This document shows positions 12,128-23,355 of a stretch of 64,000 bases of DNA, in pieces. This DNA is from Diplonema japonicum. Its lineage: Eukaryota; Protista; Euglenozoa: Diplonemea. Made by a program: the position numbers and the translations under genes. Within the stretch, counting starts at the first letter, position 1. Each line of letters begins with the position of its first letter. The stretch covers positions 372,001 to 436,000 of the forward strand of contig OZ025670.1 in the NCBI GenBank assembly GCA_964019335.1. The letters are read 5' to 3'. The notes under the pieces were generated by a model. That model was not told where the DNA came from. It ran no database searches and saw only the letters and a program-made list of their open reading frames with translations.

Positions 12128-13541
12128 CCCGTTTTTTTTTCTTTGTTTCTTTCTGTTCTTTTTTGACTCCTTTGGATCTTTCTTTTCGCTTGTGGCTGAG
12201 TTGTTAACCCCCTTCTGCACCCAGAGGTTTAAAGTTGTACTCTTTTGGAAAAAAAAAAGAAGAAGAAAAAGTAATGGGGGGGAGGGGGGACTCGTCTCAA
12301 AAAAAACCCCCTTTAAAAAAAAAGCACGTACTTGAAAGAGAAGTTTAAAAAGCAATTTATAAAAAAAAAAAAAAAATGAAAAATAAAAAAGGTGAGTGAA
12401 ACGTAAAAGAATAGGAAAAATTAGTGGAGGGGGGGTGGGCCATCAAAGAAATTGCAGCAAGAGATCTAACTTTTGTGTAGCCCTCCTCAGCTTTCTTTTT
12501 CTCTAAATAACTCTTTTAGCCTTTCCTCACAGCCCCGGCACCCCTTAGCTTAAACCCATCCCCGAACCCGTAGCGAAGCCAGGCAATGCAGCATTATGGA
12601 GGAAATTTAAAAAAAAAAAAAAAAAAAGATGGCTACTCTCAGCCCGGTCCCATCCCTGCCCCTCTCCGTTTCGGTGGGTGACTTTTTTTTCTTTTTTTTT
12701 TCTTGCATCTGCAAGTCCATATCTCAATTGGGTAGTGCAGAAAAAGAAAAAAAAAACAGAAAAAAAAGAACACCTCCCCCTTTATTTCTCCTCTATTTGT
12801 TCCAAAAGAAAAAAAGAAAAGAAAACAAAGACGCCCCCTCCCCCCCCCCCCCCCCCTTAACTTAAAAGAATAAAAGAATGAAACACCGAAAAATAAACAA
12901 ATTTAATCTTTTATTTGTCCCCCCCCAGCTTTTTAAAGTTTTTTTTACCTGATTGAATTTAAAAAAAAAAGAAAGAAAATCCAGTTCTGGGAGAGTCGAT
13001 CATAGCAAACCCTTACCCCACCCATTAAACTACAAAGTCTGCACTTATGAGGCTTATAAATTCAATTCCGAGGCTTCTAATTGTTGCTCGTCAGGGATAA
13101 AAACAGTATCTTGGCAAAGGGAGAAAAATTGTTTTTGTTGAGAGCACCCCACTTGCCATGCACTTTTTTCTTTTTTTTTTTTCCCCCTCAATCGAACGGA
13201 AATTTGGAGAGTAACTTTAATTAAAGTGTGCACTTTTTTTTCCCCCCCCTTTTTTTTCTCCTTTTTTTTTTTTTTTTTTTTTTTTTTAGAAAAAGCTATA
13301 GGGAGCTGTTTTTTTTTTTTTTTATTCTCCATTAATAATTACTTCCCCCCCCTTTTTTTTTCCTCCCCTCCCTGAAAAAACACAGCCCCTTTGACTATTT
13401 AAAAAAAAAAAAAAAAAAAAAGGAAGAAGAAAAAAGAAATTAAAAAAAGAAGGTCGCACACTTACACTGGTCTTGTGAGGGTGAAGATGGGGAAGGAAGA
13501 AGATTTATATTAAAAAAAAGTAGAAAAAAAAAAGAATTTAG

Positions 13542-14964
13542 CCACTAAAGGACCGGGGGTTTTGGCGAAAAAAAAATGCCAAGGACCGTCTATTTATGAA
13601 CCCGGGAAAAGAAAATGCGAGAGTTTAACCATAGGAAAGCACACTATACCCTTTAAAAAGCACGTGACCCAGGGGGTAAAAAAAAACAGTTTATTTTCCA
13701 TGCAGGGGGGCTTCCTTAGTGTTCATACGGGGTCGGGAGAGGAAATATACGACAAAGTATTGAGCATCACGAGCGACTTTGCTCAACCCACTCGAGGGTG
13801 CTTGGGCGGAGGACAGCCTCCCTCACTTTTTTTTTCTTCTACAGATGTCGATTTTCTTCCAACATTGGGTCCTGGCGGACGCTGAAACCCTTGAGGATTT
13901 TTTTTTTTTCAAGCGTCCCCAGAATTGTCGGTACTTTATCATGTCAGGGTAGTCATTTTTTGTATGAAAAATCTAGCACTCAGGGCACAGGGCAACATTG
14001 CACGTTTTGCAGGTGTAAAATTGTTTTTTTTTTTGATTTTTGGCACAGCCTTGAGGTGAATTTCAATTTCATACTATAGGCAAAGTCGTAGAGATTAAAG
14101 GCAAAATTATAAGCAAAGCCGAAAAAGTTAACACGGGTTTAGTACGGCCGTGCCACAAGAGGAACCGGATGCTGTCCGAACTCTGCCGCATGACTCTGTC
14201 ATGGCGTGAGATTTGTTTGCTGGCCTCCTTTTTCGTTTTTCTGCCCACTGTCGTCTTCCGGAGTTGAACCGTGCCCACGGGGTTGTATTTTTCTGTTGCG
14301 CTGAACCTCCGATAGGATGCATACCCGTACTCAAAAGAGAGCAGAAGAACTGGTAATTAGAATAAAGATTATCCATCGCAACCCAGTGACCACGATGCTC
14401 GAACTGTCGAAGAAGACATGGTACCGTGTCCTTTGGGTCCCCACCAGGGTAAATTCTAATGTTAAGCGCGCACCCTGTGCATGAATGCGGCGGTGTACAC
14501 CTTAAAGCCATAGCGCTTGCGTTTAGCTGGTTGAAAAACGCTGTGCTTAAGGCGGGAGAAGGAGCGAATCAATGCTCACGGCGGCCCAGGACACGGCCTA
14601 TGTAAGGCGTTGTAATCTCTTCCTTTGTAGACCAGTAGTCCTTGACGCCCGCCCTGCAGACTTCGTCCATCAAGGCGGGCAGAACCCAGACCCTCATCTG
14701 AGGTGGTGCTGGAGTTGGAAGAAGCTCTTCAGAAGGTCTGAGAAGCTGCTCTCAAATAATAAGTACAACAGGACACCAAGCAACCCCCTTGGGGACGGGT
14801 TTTTGTGTTTGTTCTTCGCGCAAAAGGGTATTTCAAATAAAAAAAAAAAAAAATCGCGGAACAATGGGTCTTAGTAAAGTCCAGGGGCTGTGGGGCACAA
14901 AAAGTGTCACATAGAAAAGATAATTTTTCTTAAGGACACATATGTCCTCATGGTCCTTTAGTGG
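13542..14964 (-). mobile_element. Decayed, internally deleted piggyBac DNA transposon
   Basis: 13-bp TIRs CCACTAAAGGACC (13542-13554) / GGTCCTTTAGTGG (14952-14964). Flanked by TTAG (left, mutated) and TTAA (right), the piggyBac target site. Contains a transposase remnant. Confidence 0.85.
14100..14511 (-). pseudogene. Frameshifted piggyBac (DDE_Tnp_1_7) transposase fragment
   Basis: LNIRIYPG...GHWVAMDNLYSNYQFFCSLLSTGMHPIG resembles the piggyBac DNxY/F motif region. An adjacent frame continues GTVQLRK...LLWHGRTKPVLTFS (like GTxR..., WxDxKxV). Confidence 0.75.
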
Positions 14965-16222
14965 TTAAAAAAAAAATTTTTTTTTGTACATCTGTACATC
15001 GAGAAAAAGAGAAGGGAGGGAAGAGCGGAAGAAAAGTAACAACAAATCATTATGAAAAAGTAACCTTTGACCTTCACTCTTGTTCTGAGCCCCTTTTTTT
15101 TCCCTTAACTTTTATTATAGACTTTCCTTCCCCAAAGGACTTAGCCAAACAAAGAAAAAGAAAAAGAAAGAACTAGGCAGGGGAAACAAATAACACTTTT
15201 TTTTTTCTTTTTTACTTTTCCTGTCAGCCATCTGTTTAGTAAATTAAAAAAAAAAAAGGAGAAAAAAAAAGAGAAAAAAAAACGAGAAGACCTCTAGGTA
15301 AAGCCACAATAAGTGAAACAAAGAAGATAAGATCAAATGCTGAATATTTTTTTATTTTATTCATTTCCCCCCCTCTTCCCCTTATACCCTTCATTTTTTT
15401 TCTTTTTTTTTTTTCCCCCATTCCTGTTCCTCTTTCTCTGACGGTTCACCACTTTCTTTTTTTTTCTTTTCCTCTTTTCCTTCTCCTTTCTTCTTATTCT
15501 TTTTCTTTTTTTTTTTCTATTGTATCTCACTTTTTTTTTTAAAAAGTACAATTTTGAGTGAGATTTAAAAAAAAAAAAGAAGTAAAAGAAACGGAAAGCA
15601 CCCTCCTCCCTCACCACCACCACCACCACCTGTTCCTTTTTTTTTTTTTTTTTTTTTTTTTCCCTCTTCTTTTTTTTTTCTTTACCTTACTTGGTCAATA
15701 GGACGAAGAAAAAAAAAGTGACTACAAGAGCGCACCTTGGGGATGCCCTTCATTCACTCATTCAAAAGCTTTTTTTTTACGGCCAGCAGTGCATTTTTAA
15801 AAAAGTTTTTTCTTCTTTTTTTTTTTTTTTACTCCTCTTGTCTCCTTTTTCTTTTTCTTCTTCTTTTTTTTTTTTTTTTTTTTTTTTGTATTTCTCGTGA
15901 GCGAAGGATAACCCAAAAAAAAAAGAATCTTTTTTATTTTTCTTAACCAAGCAAAAACAAAAAAAAAATTAAGGTAACGGGAAAAAAATAAAATAAGAGA
16001 AAGAAAAAAAAAAGGAGGGGAGGAACGGATTTAAAAAAAAGGAAACCCCCCCCCCCCCTTCCCCCCCTTGGAAGCTATTTTTTTATTTTTACTTTATTTT
16101 TTTTTTCTATTTCCCTTAATATTCTTTTTTTATTTATTTTTATATTTTTTATATGCCCTCTCCCCCATTTCTGTAAAAGAAAAAAAAAGACTGCAACACA
16201 ACTACACAAAAAAAAAAAAAAA

Positions 16223-17716
16223 ATGGATGAAAACGAAACAGCAACGGACGACAATGAGGCCGAAGGAGATATAGTGCAAATAGAACAGGAGCTTGTGAAG
16301 GTAGGCATCGACGTAAGAAGGCTAGGCGAAGCCATCAAAAAAATCGGCACAAAACGTCCCGGAGAAATGGACATCTACGAATTCCGTCGGTTCTGGAAAG
16401 CGGTTTTCCCTGGTGACGCTTTCAACAGCGACACTTGGGATGAAACTGAGAGGCTTTTTCTGGCAATTGACACTGATTTAAACTTCACTGTGAGCATCAC
16501 CGAAATCCTTACGTATCTAAACAAAGAAAGACGGTTTCAGGTTCGACAATACAAAAGCCAACCCGACACGTTTTCCCAGTGGGTTTGGTTCCTCGTTTCG
16601 TCCGAACGCGTAAGCTTCACACCCTTCACACTTTGGAGGGCTTTTGTCCATTTTTACCGATCAATTTCCCACCTTCTCTCCCTTGCTTACGTAACAACCA
16701 TCCTTGTTCGAACTTTACCTGAAAACCACTCCAGTGTTGACTCAACAACCGGGCCTGCCTTTAATATACAGTGCTTTTGTATTGGTGTGTTTACAGTAGA
16801 GTTTATAGGATGGTGTGCCACGTACCCTAAGTGTGTCAAAAACCTTTTCATGGAAAGTTCAACATGGGTGGATTTGGTGTCGATCTCACCTTTTTACTTT
16901 TCTTTGATATCGCCGTCGATTAAGGTGTACGAGTTGGGTGTGTTGCGTGTTATGAGGTTGCTGAGGCTGGTGAAGAGCTTGGAAGGTTTGCAAACCGAAT
17001 CAGACGGACGTTTTTCAAGGGTGCCCGAGCTGTTCCAAGCATTGCGGAAAGCGGTGTACCCATTCATGTGGGCGTTGTTGTTGATGGTGCTGGCGATGGT
17101 GGCTGCGTCGAGCTTTATGTTCTATGCGGAGAAGGAAGGCTCGCATTTCGACGTGGATGTCCGACGATGGAGGAGGGACAACAACTCAATGTACATCGAT
17201 TCCGGGGAATTGATACCTTTCCAGTCCGTTCCCGACGCGTTTTGGTGGTCCATCGTCACACTTACCACAGTAGGGTACGGCGATGTCACACCAAAAACAA
17301 TCGGAGGGAAGATCGTCGGTGCCTGCACAATGCTCGCCGGGGTCATCATGATAGGCTACCTCATTACTGTTGTCGGGAACTCCTTCCAAACTCTTCAGGT
17401 CAAGATCAGTAAGAAGCACCGTTCGAAGCAGCGGTGCGGAACATTCTTCGAGGGCATCAAAAACTGGCTCGAACAAGGCGGTCGGGTGACGGAAATGAAC
17501 GAGGAGGCGGTCACCACCTCCATCACGAAGCTTAATGAGCGCCTCGGTACCGTCATGTCTTTCGTGTCAAAAATAGAACTCGAGCAGCCGCAGTGGGCCT
17601 GCACCTTGGAGACACTAATCACAAACAAGTTCGACGCCGTGCACAGCAGGATCGACGACCTCCAGGCACACATCGCTCTCCTCGAAGGAGAGTCTGTTGA
17701 AGATGGTTCTATATAA
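16223..17716 (+). CDS. Voltage-gated (Kv-like, 6TM) potassium channel with N-terminal EF-hand pair
   Basis: S4 VLRVMRLLRLVK, pore FWWSIVTLTTVGYGD, EF-hand loop DTDLNFTVSITE, C-terminal coiled coil. Confidence 0.92.
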   Translation: MDENETATDDNEAEGDIVQIEQELVKVGIDVRRLGEAIKKIGTKRPGEMDIYEFRRFWKAVFPGDAFNSDTWDETERLFLAIDTDLNFTVSITEILTYLNKERRFQVRQYKSQPDTFSQWVWFLVSSERVSFTPFTLWRAFVHFYRSISHLLSLAYVTTILVRTLPENHSSVDSTTGPAFNIQCFCIGVFTVEFIGWCATYPKCVKNLFMESSTWVDLVSISPFYFSLISPSIKVYELGVLRVMRLLRLVKSLEGLQTESDGRFSRVPELFQALRKAVYPFMWALLLMVLAMVAASSFMFYAEKEGSHFDVDVRRWRRDNNSMYIDSGELIPFQSVPDAFWWSIVTLTTVGYGDVTPKTIGGKIVGACTMLAGVIMIGYLITVVGNSFQTLQVKISKKHRSKQRCGTFFEGIKNWLEQGGRVTEMNEEAVTTSITKLNERLGTVMSFVSKIELEQPQWACTLETLITNKFDAVHSRIDDLQAHIALLEGESVEDGSI

Positions 17717-18003
17717 CCCAAGGTAATACAAAAAATTCTTTTTTTTTTCGTTTTTTCGTTCTTTTTAAGGCTTTTTCCAAAGTCTTGGGGGGGGGGGGGG
17801 GGGGGGATAGATTTTTATCCTTTTTTGTACTACGTTTCTTTTCGATTTTTTTTTTATTTGGTGGGCCGTTGCTAACCACTTCGTTCCTATCATAGTGAAT
17901 TTATTTTTTACTACTAACAAAAAAAAAAGAAAAAAACGCGACCATTTACAAAGGGAGAAAGGGCGGGGGTGGGGGGGGGGGGGGGGGGGGGGAGAGAACA
18001 GAA

Positions 18004-18648
18004 ATGAAGTCCCGAATATTCGTAGAAAACGACGTTGCTAAGCTAGCGGACACGGGGGACGTCCCCCTGCAGTGCCGCGGGGCAGGGATCACATGGAGCG
18101 ATAAGCACCCAAGTCTGCTTGGAAGGTGCGGAAGGGTGTTGAAGTTAACATCAGGAGCTGCCTTGGTCAAGATAGGCACAGAAGAAGTGGAGTGGCCTGT
18201 GCGGTGCTTGGAGCCCTCCGACTCACTGCCCCCAGAACTGTACGACAGGAGCCTGCTGAACCAAGTAAAGCTTAGGAGAGGTGCTGCACTGAAAGGGCTG
18301 AAAGAGGAACTTGCAACAAGGCCACGCACGTGGACGAACTATCTCAAGAAGGCCCGCACTGACGCTGAGAACGAGAAGCAGCGTGCGAAGCTCATGTGGG
18401 CCACAGACGCCGCATCCCGTGTGCGTATGGTGCACACACGGAACACCTACAATAGCACCTTCACCGACACCCTCGGCATAGGGGTCCTCCCCAAGTACAG
18501 CCTCCCCATCCCCCCTACTTACTCGGGTGGGTTCTCACTTACGTGGGATACCCTACCTCGGCCTGTCGTGAAGCCCTTGCCCTCCCCCCCATGTGCCGAG
18601 ATGTCGCTTCCGAAGGTACCTCGAACTTGCCTTACAATGTCTTCTTGA
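18004..18648 (+). CDS. Hypothetical protein (possible MIB/HERC2-SH3-like N-terminal motif)
   Basis: 214-aa ORF with coding-like composition between homopolymer-rich spacers. LLGRCGRV...WPVRCL is only weakly suggestive. Confidence 0.6.
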   Translation: MKSRIFVENDVAKLADTGDVPLQCRGAGITWSDKHPSLLGRCGRVLKLTSGAALVKIGTEEVEWPVRCLEPSDSLPPELYDRSLLNQVKLRRGAALKGLKEELATRPRTWTNYLKKARTDAENEKQRAKLMWATDAASRVRMVHTRNTYNSTFTDTLGIGVLPKYSLPIPPTYSGGFSLTWDTLPRPVVKPLPSPPCAEMSLPKVPRTCLTMSS

Positions 18649-18831
18649 CCCCCTGCCCCCTTGCTCTCTTGTAGATAGATTATACGCGATTATTTCTTTC
18701 TTTTTTTCAGTGAGCACCCCCATGCACACTGAAATTTTATCGAGTTTCTTCTTTTTTCTTTCTTTTTTTTGTTTTTTTTTTTTTGTTGTTGTCGCTACCT
18801 CTTCCATGTAGGGGGGGGGGGAGTAAAAAAA

Positions 18832-19629
18832 ATGGAAGAAAGCGCCACCGGTAGCGACATACTGTTCATGGGGGAGTATGGCATGAGGGAGCGTTGCGTG
18901 ACCATACACGATGTAGAATGGGTTTTTAAGCAGAGCAGGATGGATGGGGAGCTCAGTGGTTGGGTGTGGCCGTCAGCAGTGGTCTTGGGATGGGTAGTGG
19001 GGAAATGGATTTTTGACCAACCTAAGAAGGGAAGGGCCGTGGAACTAGGTGCAGGGTGCGGGCTAGTCGGCATGGTAGCTTCCGCAGGCGGCTGGGACGT
19101 GGTCTCCACAGAGATGGAGAAGGGGATCAAGGACTTGGAACGGAATGTGAACTTGAACAAAGACAAGCTAAAAGGCAACATGGAAGTGAAAATATGTGAT
19201 TGGGAAGACCCTTCCTTCACCTTGCAGGATTTTGACTTGGTTATCCTGTCGGACTGCATCAACCAACGCCACTTGTACCCTGCCTTGCACAGACTCCTGA
19301 AGACAGCAAGCCCTACCGCAACCATTCTCCTCTCCTCTCAGATCCGCCAGCTCTCGTCCGAACGGTCATTCTTTTCATCTCTTCTTCCTAGTTTCACAAC
19401 CACAGAACTTTCCCTCGTTCCCTACCCTATACCTTATACCTCTCAGCATATGAACTATCTTTATGCGGTCGAGATGTGCCGCACACCCTCTTCAGCTCAA
19501 ACGCCTGCTGTCGTACCTGAAGCAGCGGCCATTTGCGCAGCGCTCGCCGAGCGTGAGAAGAGACAGACAGTGGTCGCTGAGTGTGCGGAAGAAGACAGCG
19601 ACGAAGGGGTCGACAGTATTTATTTGTGA
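18832..19629 (+). CDS. Family 16 (METTL21-like) SAM-dependent lysine methyltransferase
   Basis: GWVWPSAVVL, VELGAGCGLVG, LERNVNLN, CDW and DLVILSDCI motifs. First ATG at 18832 after a pyrimidine tract and AG. Confidence 0.88.
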   Translation: MEESATGSDILFMGEYGMRERCVTIHDVEWVFKQSRMDGELSGWVWPSAVVLGWVVGKWIFDQPKKGRAVELGAGCGLVGMVASAGGWDVVSTEMEKGIKDLERNVNLNKDKLKGNMEVKICDWEDPSFTLQDFDLVILSDCINQRHLYPALHRLLKTASPTATILLSSQIRQLSSERSFFSSLLPSFTTTELSLVPYPIPYTSQHMNYLYAVEMCRTPSSAQTPAVVPEAAAICAALAEREKRQTVVAECAEEDSDEGVDSIYL

Positions 19630-19696
19630 ATTTATTTGTGATGATTTGCTTTTTTTTATTTTTGTTCGTTGAAAAATTCCCCGGGTTGTTGCTATT

Positions 19697-19729
<33 letters not shown>

Positions 19730-19750
19730 TCATCAAAAAAAAAGAGAAAA

Positions 19751-20828
19751 ATGTCGCCAACATCATCGCAATCGTCGTCTTCGGTATGTGGAGGGAGGGG
19801 AGGACACGTTCTTCAAAAAAAGAAAAAAACCAAAAAAAAAAAAAAAAAAACAGACGGCTTTCGGTAGGTTTGCAGGTGCGGGGTGCGCAGGTGTGGCGGA
19901 GCTGATGATCTTCCACCCTGTAGACACTGTGGCAAAGAGGGTATTCCCTTTCTTTTTTCCTAAACAAACACAACACAGCTTATGAACAACAAGGAGAAGC
20001 TCACGTCGAGCAACGCACGAACAGTTCTGTTCCAAGAGCACGCAGAGTCCAGCTTCGGCAAGAAGTACGGGTCGCTGTTCCCTGGGATCGGCTACGGTGC
20101 CATCTACAAGATCTGCCAGAGGGTGTACAAGTTCGGTGGGCAGCCGTACGTGAAGGAGTTCATGTCTACGAAATTCGGGTCTAAGGAGGAGACAAAGTTC
20201 CAGAACTTCATGTTGAACGGTCTCAGCGGGAGTGTGATGGGTGCCGGTGAGGTTGTGCTTCTCCCCTTCGATGTGATGAAGATCAAGGCGCAAACCAACC
20301 CTGAATTCAGGAAGATGGGCATGGGGCAGGTCATGAGGCAGGAGGGGATGGCGCTCTACAGCGGATGGCAGGTTTGGAAAAAAGAAAAAAGAAAAAAAAA
20401 AAAAAGAAAAAAAAAAAAAAAACAGTGGACCATGGCCCGTAACGTCCCGGGGTCCTTCGCGCTCTTCGGTGGTAACGCCCTCGCCAGGGAGTTCATGGGG
20501 ATCAAAGACCCTAAGTCCGCCTCGTTCCTTCAGACCTCCCTCTCTTCCATGGCTGGGTCCGTTTCCTCTATCATTGTCGCGTGTCCTCTGGACGTGGTCA
20601 AGACCCGTATCCAGTCTGGCTCGTACGGGAACGTGGGCGGCGTTGCCATCATTACGAAGATTGTGAAAGAGGAGGGCATGGGCTCCTTCTTTAAGGGGTG
20701 GCTGCCTAAGGTATTTTTTTTGGGGGGAAAAAAAAAAAAAAAAAAAAAAAAAACAGACGGTGACCGTGGGCCCCAAGTTGGTGTTCTCGTTCACGGTGGC
20801 CCAGTACCTCATGGCCATGTGGTCGTAG
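19751..20828 (+). CDS. GGC1: Mitochondrial GTP/GDP carrier (GGC1/YHM1-like), 5 exons
   Basis: Introns 19784-19853, 19941-19978, 20372-20425, 20711-20756. Spliced product has FHPVDTVAKRLM, SLFPGIGYGAIYKICQRVYKFGGQP, WTMARNVPGSFALFGG and GPKLVFSF, closely matching yeast Ggc1. Confidence 0.88.
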
Positions 20829-21326
20829 GCCTTTTTTTATTATTTATTTTTTTTTTCTCTCTCTAAAGAAGAAGAAAAGAAATTTGGAGTGAACAGGGGT
20901 GAAATTATCCTTGTTTGCTTTTTTTAGGAGGCTTTTTTTTTTTTTTTTTTTTTCCGGTTCTCCTTTAATTTTCTTCCCTCCCCTTGTCAGCAGAAGGGAA
21001 AGGCAGAGCAAGCTCCAGTGTGGTCCTTCCTAAGAGGGCACACGCAGTTTACGCCACCTTCTGCATTGCAAGGCTAGGAACTTCTTTTAATTTTTATTTT
21101 TATTTTATTTTGTGTCTCCTGCTTTTTCTTGCTATGGTATCCCCCCCGAGAATGACCACCCTCGGGTATGGAATGGAATTAAAAAAAAAAAAAAAGAGAG
21201 AAGAAAAAAAAAAGAAGTATAGCCTGCTGGTAACTACTTTTTTTTATGTATCTGTGAAAAAGGACGAGCGAGCAAAAAGAAAAAGAAGGCGTTTCTTTTT
21301 TGTGCTTCTAAACTAATAAGGGAAAT

Positions 21327-21382
<56 letters not shown>

Positions 21383-21746
21383 CCTCTTTTTTACCGCATT
21401 GTCAGACAGCCTGCTCATTCCCTTTTTTTTTCTTTCCTTTTCAGTATCATTCCCATTATTTTTTATGGTTTTTTTTTTCTTCTTTTTTTTCAACCCCCTC
21501 CTTTTATACCTCTCGTCACTCCTCTCTGACCCCCACACACTTTTTTTTAAGTTTTTGTTTTTTTTTTTTCCTTTTTCCATCCACCCCCCAAAAAAAAATT
21601 GGGCACCCCCGCAGGGCCTCCCACTGAGTTCATTCTTTTTTTCTTCCTGTCTTCCGCACATCTATTCACAATGGGCAGAAGTCGTCTTCTTTTTTTTTTT
21701 TTTTTCAAGAATAATACACCGGAGGTGAGAGAAGAAAAGAATAAAG

Positions 21747-23186
21747 ATGTCGGACCCCTTCGAGGTGCCAGCGTACCAACGACAGGGATTTGTAGAGTCC
21801 CCTGTAGTGTCACCACGTATGGCACAGCAGCCTACAGCGCAGGAGATGAAACTGAAAGAAATCGTCACTGCGTTGAATGAAGTGGCAACAGCCAGGAAGA
21901 ACGAGGCGGAGGCCATCCAGCAGCAACTCGACAAGCTTGCGCAGGACTACGAGCGCATGAGGCAGGACAATGAAGGGCTTAGAGCACAGCTTGTCCCAAC
22001 CGCCGTAGCCACCTCTTCGTCCACGTCCACAGCTGCCCACGAGCTCAACAGAGCACTTCAGGAGAACGATGTGCTCAGAGCACGCGTCGCAGATCTCGAA
22101 GCCCAGCAGTACTTGCAACAGCAACAGCTCCAGCAAGCTCTGCAATCCCAGCATATGTCATCTGTCGCCCCTGCCTCCATACCTTCCCTTCCTGCTTCTC
22201 AACCTGCTCCGACATCAGCCCCGCCTGTCGTGCATTCCACATCAACACTGCCAATAACAACAGTGCCCCCTTTAAACCGTATGAAGGGTGCTCTTGGCGG
22301 TGTTGTTGTGAACATCTTGTTGCTCTGCATCGCTGCCATGTACCTCAGCAGCGGGACCGCTGAAGGTGCAAGAATGCCTGTCGCCTTGGCTGTGAAGGGC
22401 GGCCTGTCGCACGTCGTAGAGCACGCTGTGGCTGTGGAGGACGTGCTGTTGAACGTGACGACAGAGCACTTCAACGAGAACATAGAAGGCGGGCCTGTCA
22501 CCCTGCTTGGCAACTTGGTGGAGCAAGGCTACACAGTGAACCCCCCAAAGTCATGGAGAGTGATGGTGGCTGTCGCACAAGGATTGGACCCCGACTTGGA
22601 CATAGCAAGGACGCGGGGGTCTGCAAAGGCTCTGGTGCAGGGGACGTGCTGGGAGTGCATGGAGACGATCGAAGCAGGGTCATTCACCACCATGTTCGTG
22701 GTGCTGCTGGTCACGGAGCTCATCCTCATCGTCACAGCGATTTTCTTGAAGCCGTCTGTGTTGAAGGCTCCTGTGGAAGTGAAATTGCAGGAAGAAGCCC
22801 TCCCTGCGATAATGCTCCCGAAAGGTGTCTCTGTGCACAGGACATGGGTGAGTCCTGAGGATGCTAACTGCAGAGAGGTGACGCTGCAGTTCGTAGCGGA
22901 GACAGCACTGACCTCGATAGTCGGGAAAGATCTGGAGCTTTGCACGTTTACTGTGAACACTGCGAACGGCCGTGTGGCAGGTTTAAGTGTGGATAAGAAG
23001 CGCATTGTGAACCCTGCTAGCTGTCAATCACTGAACGGCCGCCCTGTCCTCTGGCTTGTGAACAACGCCCCGCCAGTCCTGAGCGAGGTCAACACATGCC
23101 CTGCTGTCGAGTACACCCCAGCCTCCCTCGCCACTTACCAGGCAACGCGTTCCGACCTTGACTCCGCCTCTGCGGGTTTGTTTTAG
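21747..23186 (+). CDS. Hypothetical coiled-coil protein with two predicted transmembrane segments
   Basis: 479-aa ORF with Q/E-rich heptads at the N-terminus and hydrophobic stretches GGVVVNILLLCIAAMYL and FVVLLVTELILIVTAIFL. Confidence 0.75.
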   Translation: MSDPFEVPAYQRQGFVESPVVSPRMAQQPTAQEMKLKEIVTALNEVATARKNEAEAIQQQLDKLAQDYERMRQDNEGLRAQLVPTAVATSSSTSTAAHELNRALQENDVLRARVADLEAQQYLQQQQLQQALQSQHMSSVAPASIPSLPASQPAPTSAPPVVHSTSTLPITTVPPLNRMKGALGGVVVNILLLCIAAMYLSSGTAEGARMPVALAVKGGLSHVVEHAVAVEDVLLNVTTEHFNENIEGGPVTLLGNLVEQGYTVNPPKSWRVMVAVAQGLDPDLDIARTRGSAKALVQGTCWECMETIEAGSFTTMFVVLLVTELILIVTAIFLKPSVLKAPVEVKLQEEALPAIMLPKGVSVHRTWVSPEDANCREVTLQFVAETALTSIVGKDLELCTFTVNTANGRVAGLSVDKKRIVNPASCQSLNGRPVLWLVNNAPPVLSEVNTCPAVEYTPASLATYQATRSDLDSASAGLF

Positions 23187-23355
23187 CTCTAACCAGATTT
23201 TTTTTTTTTTGTTCTTCTTTCTTACCTGTTGTACAAAACCCCCTCCCCTGTTTCGCACGGTTTCAGATGCATCATCGCATACTGGTTGTACTGTTGATAA
23301 TTATATATATTCCTCCTTTTTCTCGGCACATGCCGTGATATCATACAAGGTGGCA

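Noticed and set aside
19763-20818. Long minus-strand ORFs (351 aa here; also 23820-24542, 35819-36532, 58099-58905, 60967-61704)
   Set aside because: Antisense shadows of well-supported + strand genes.
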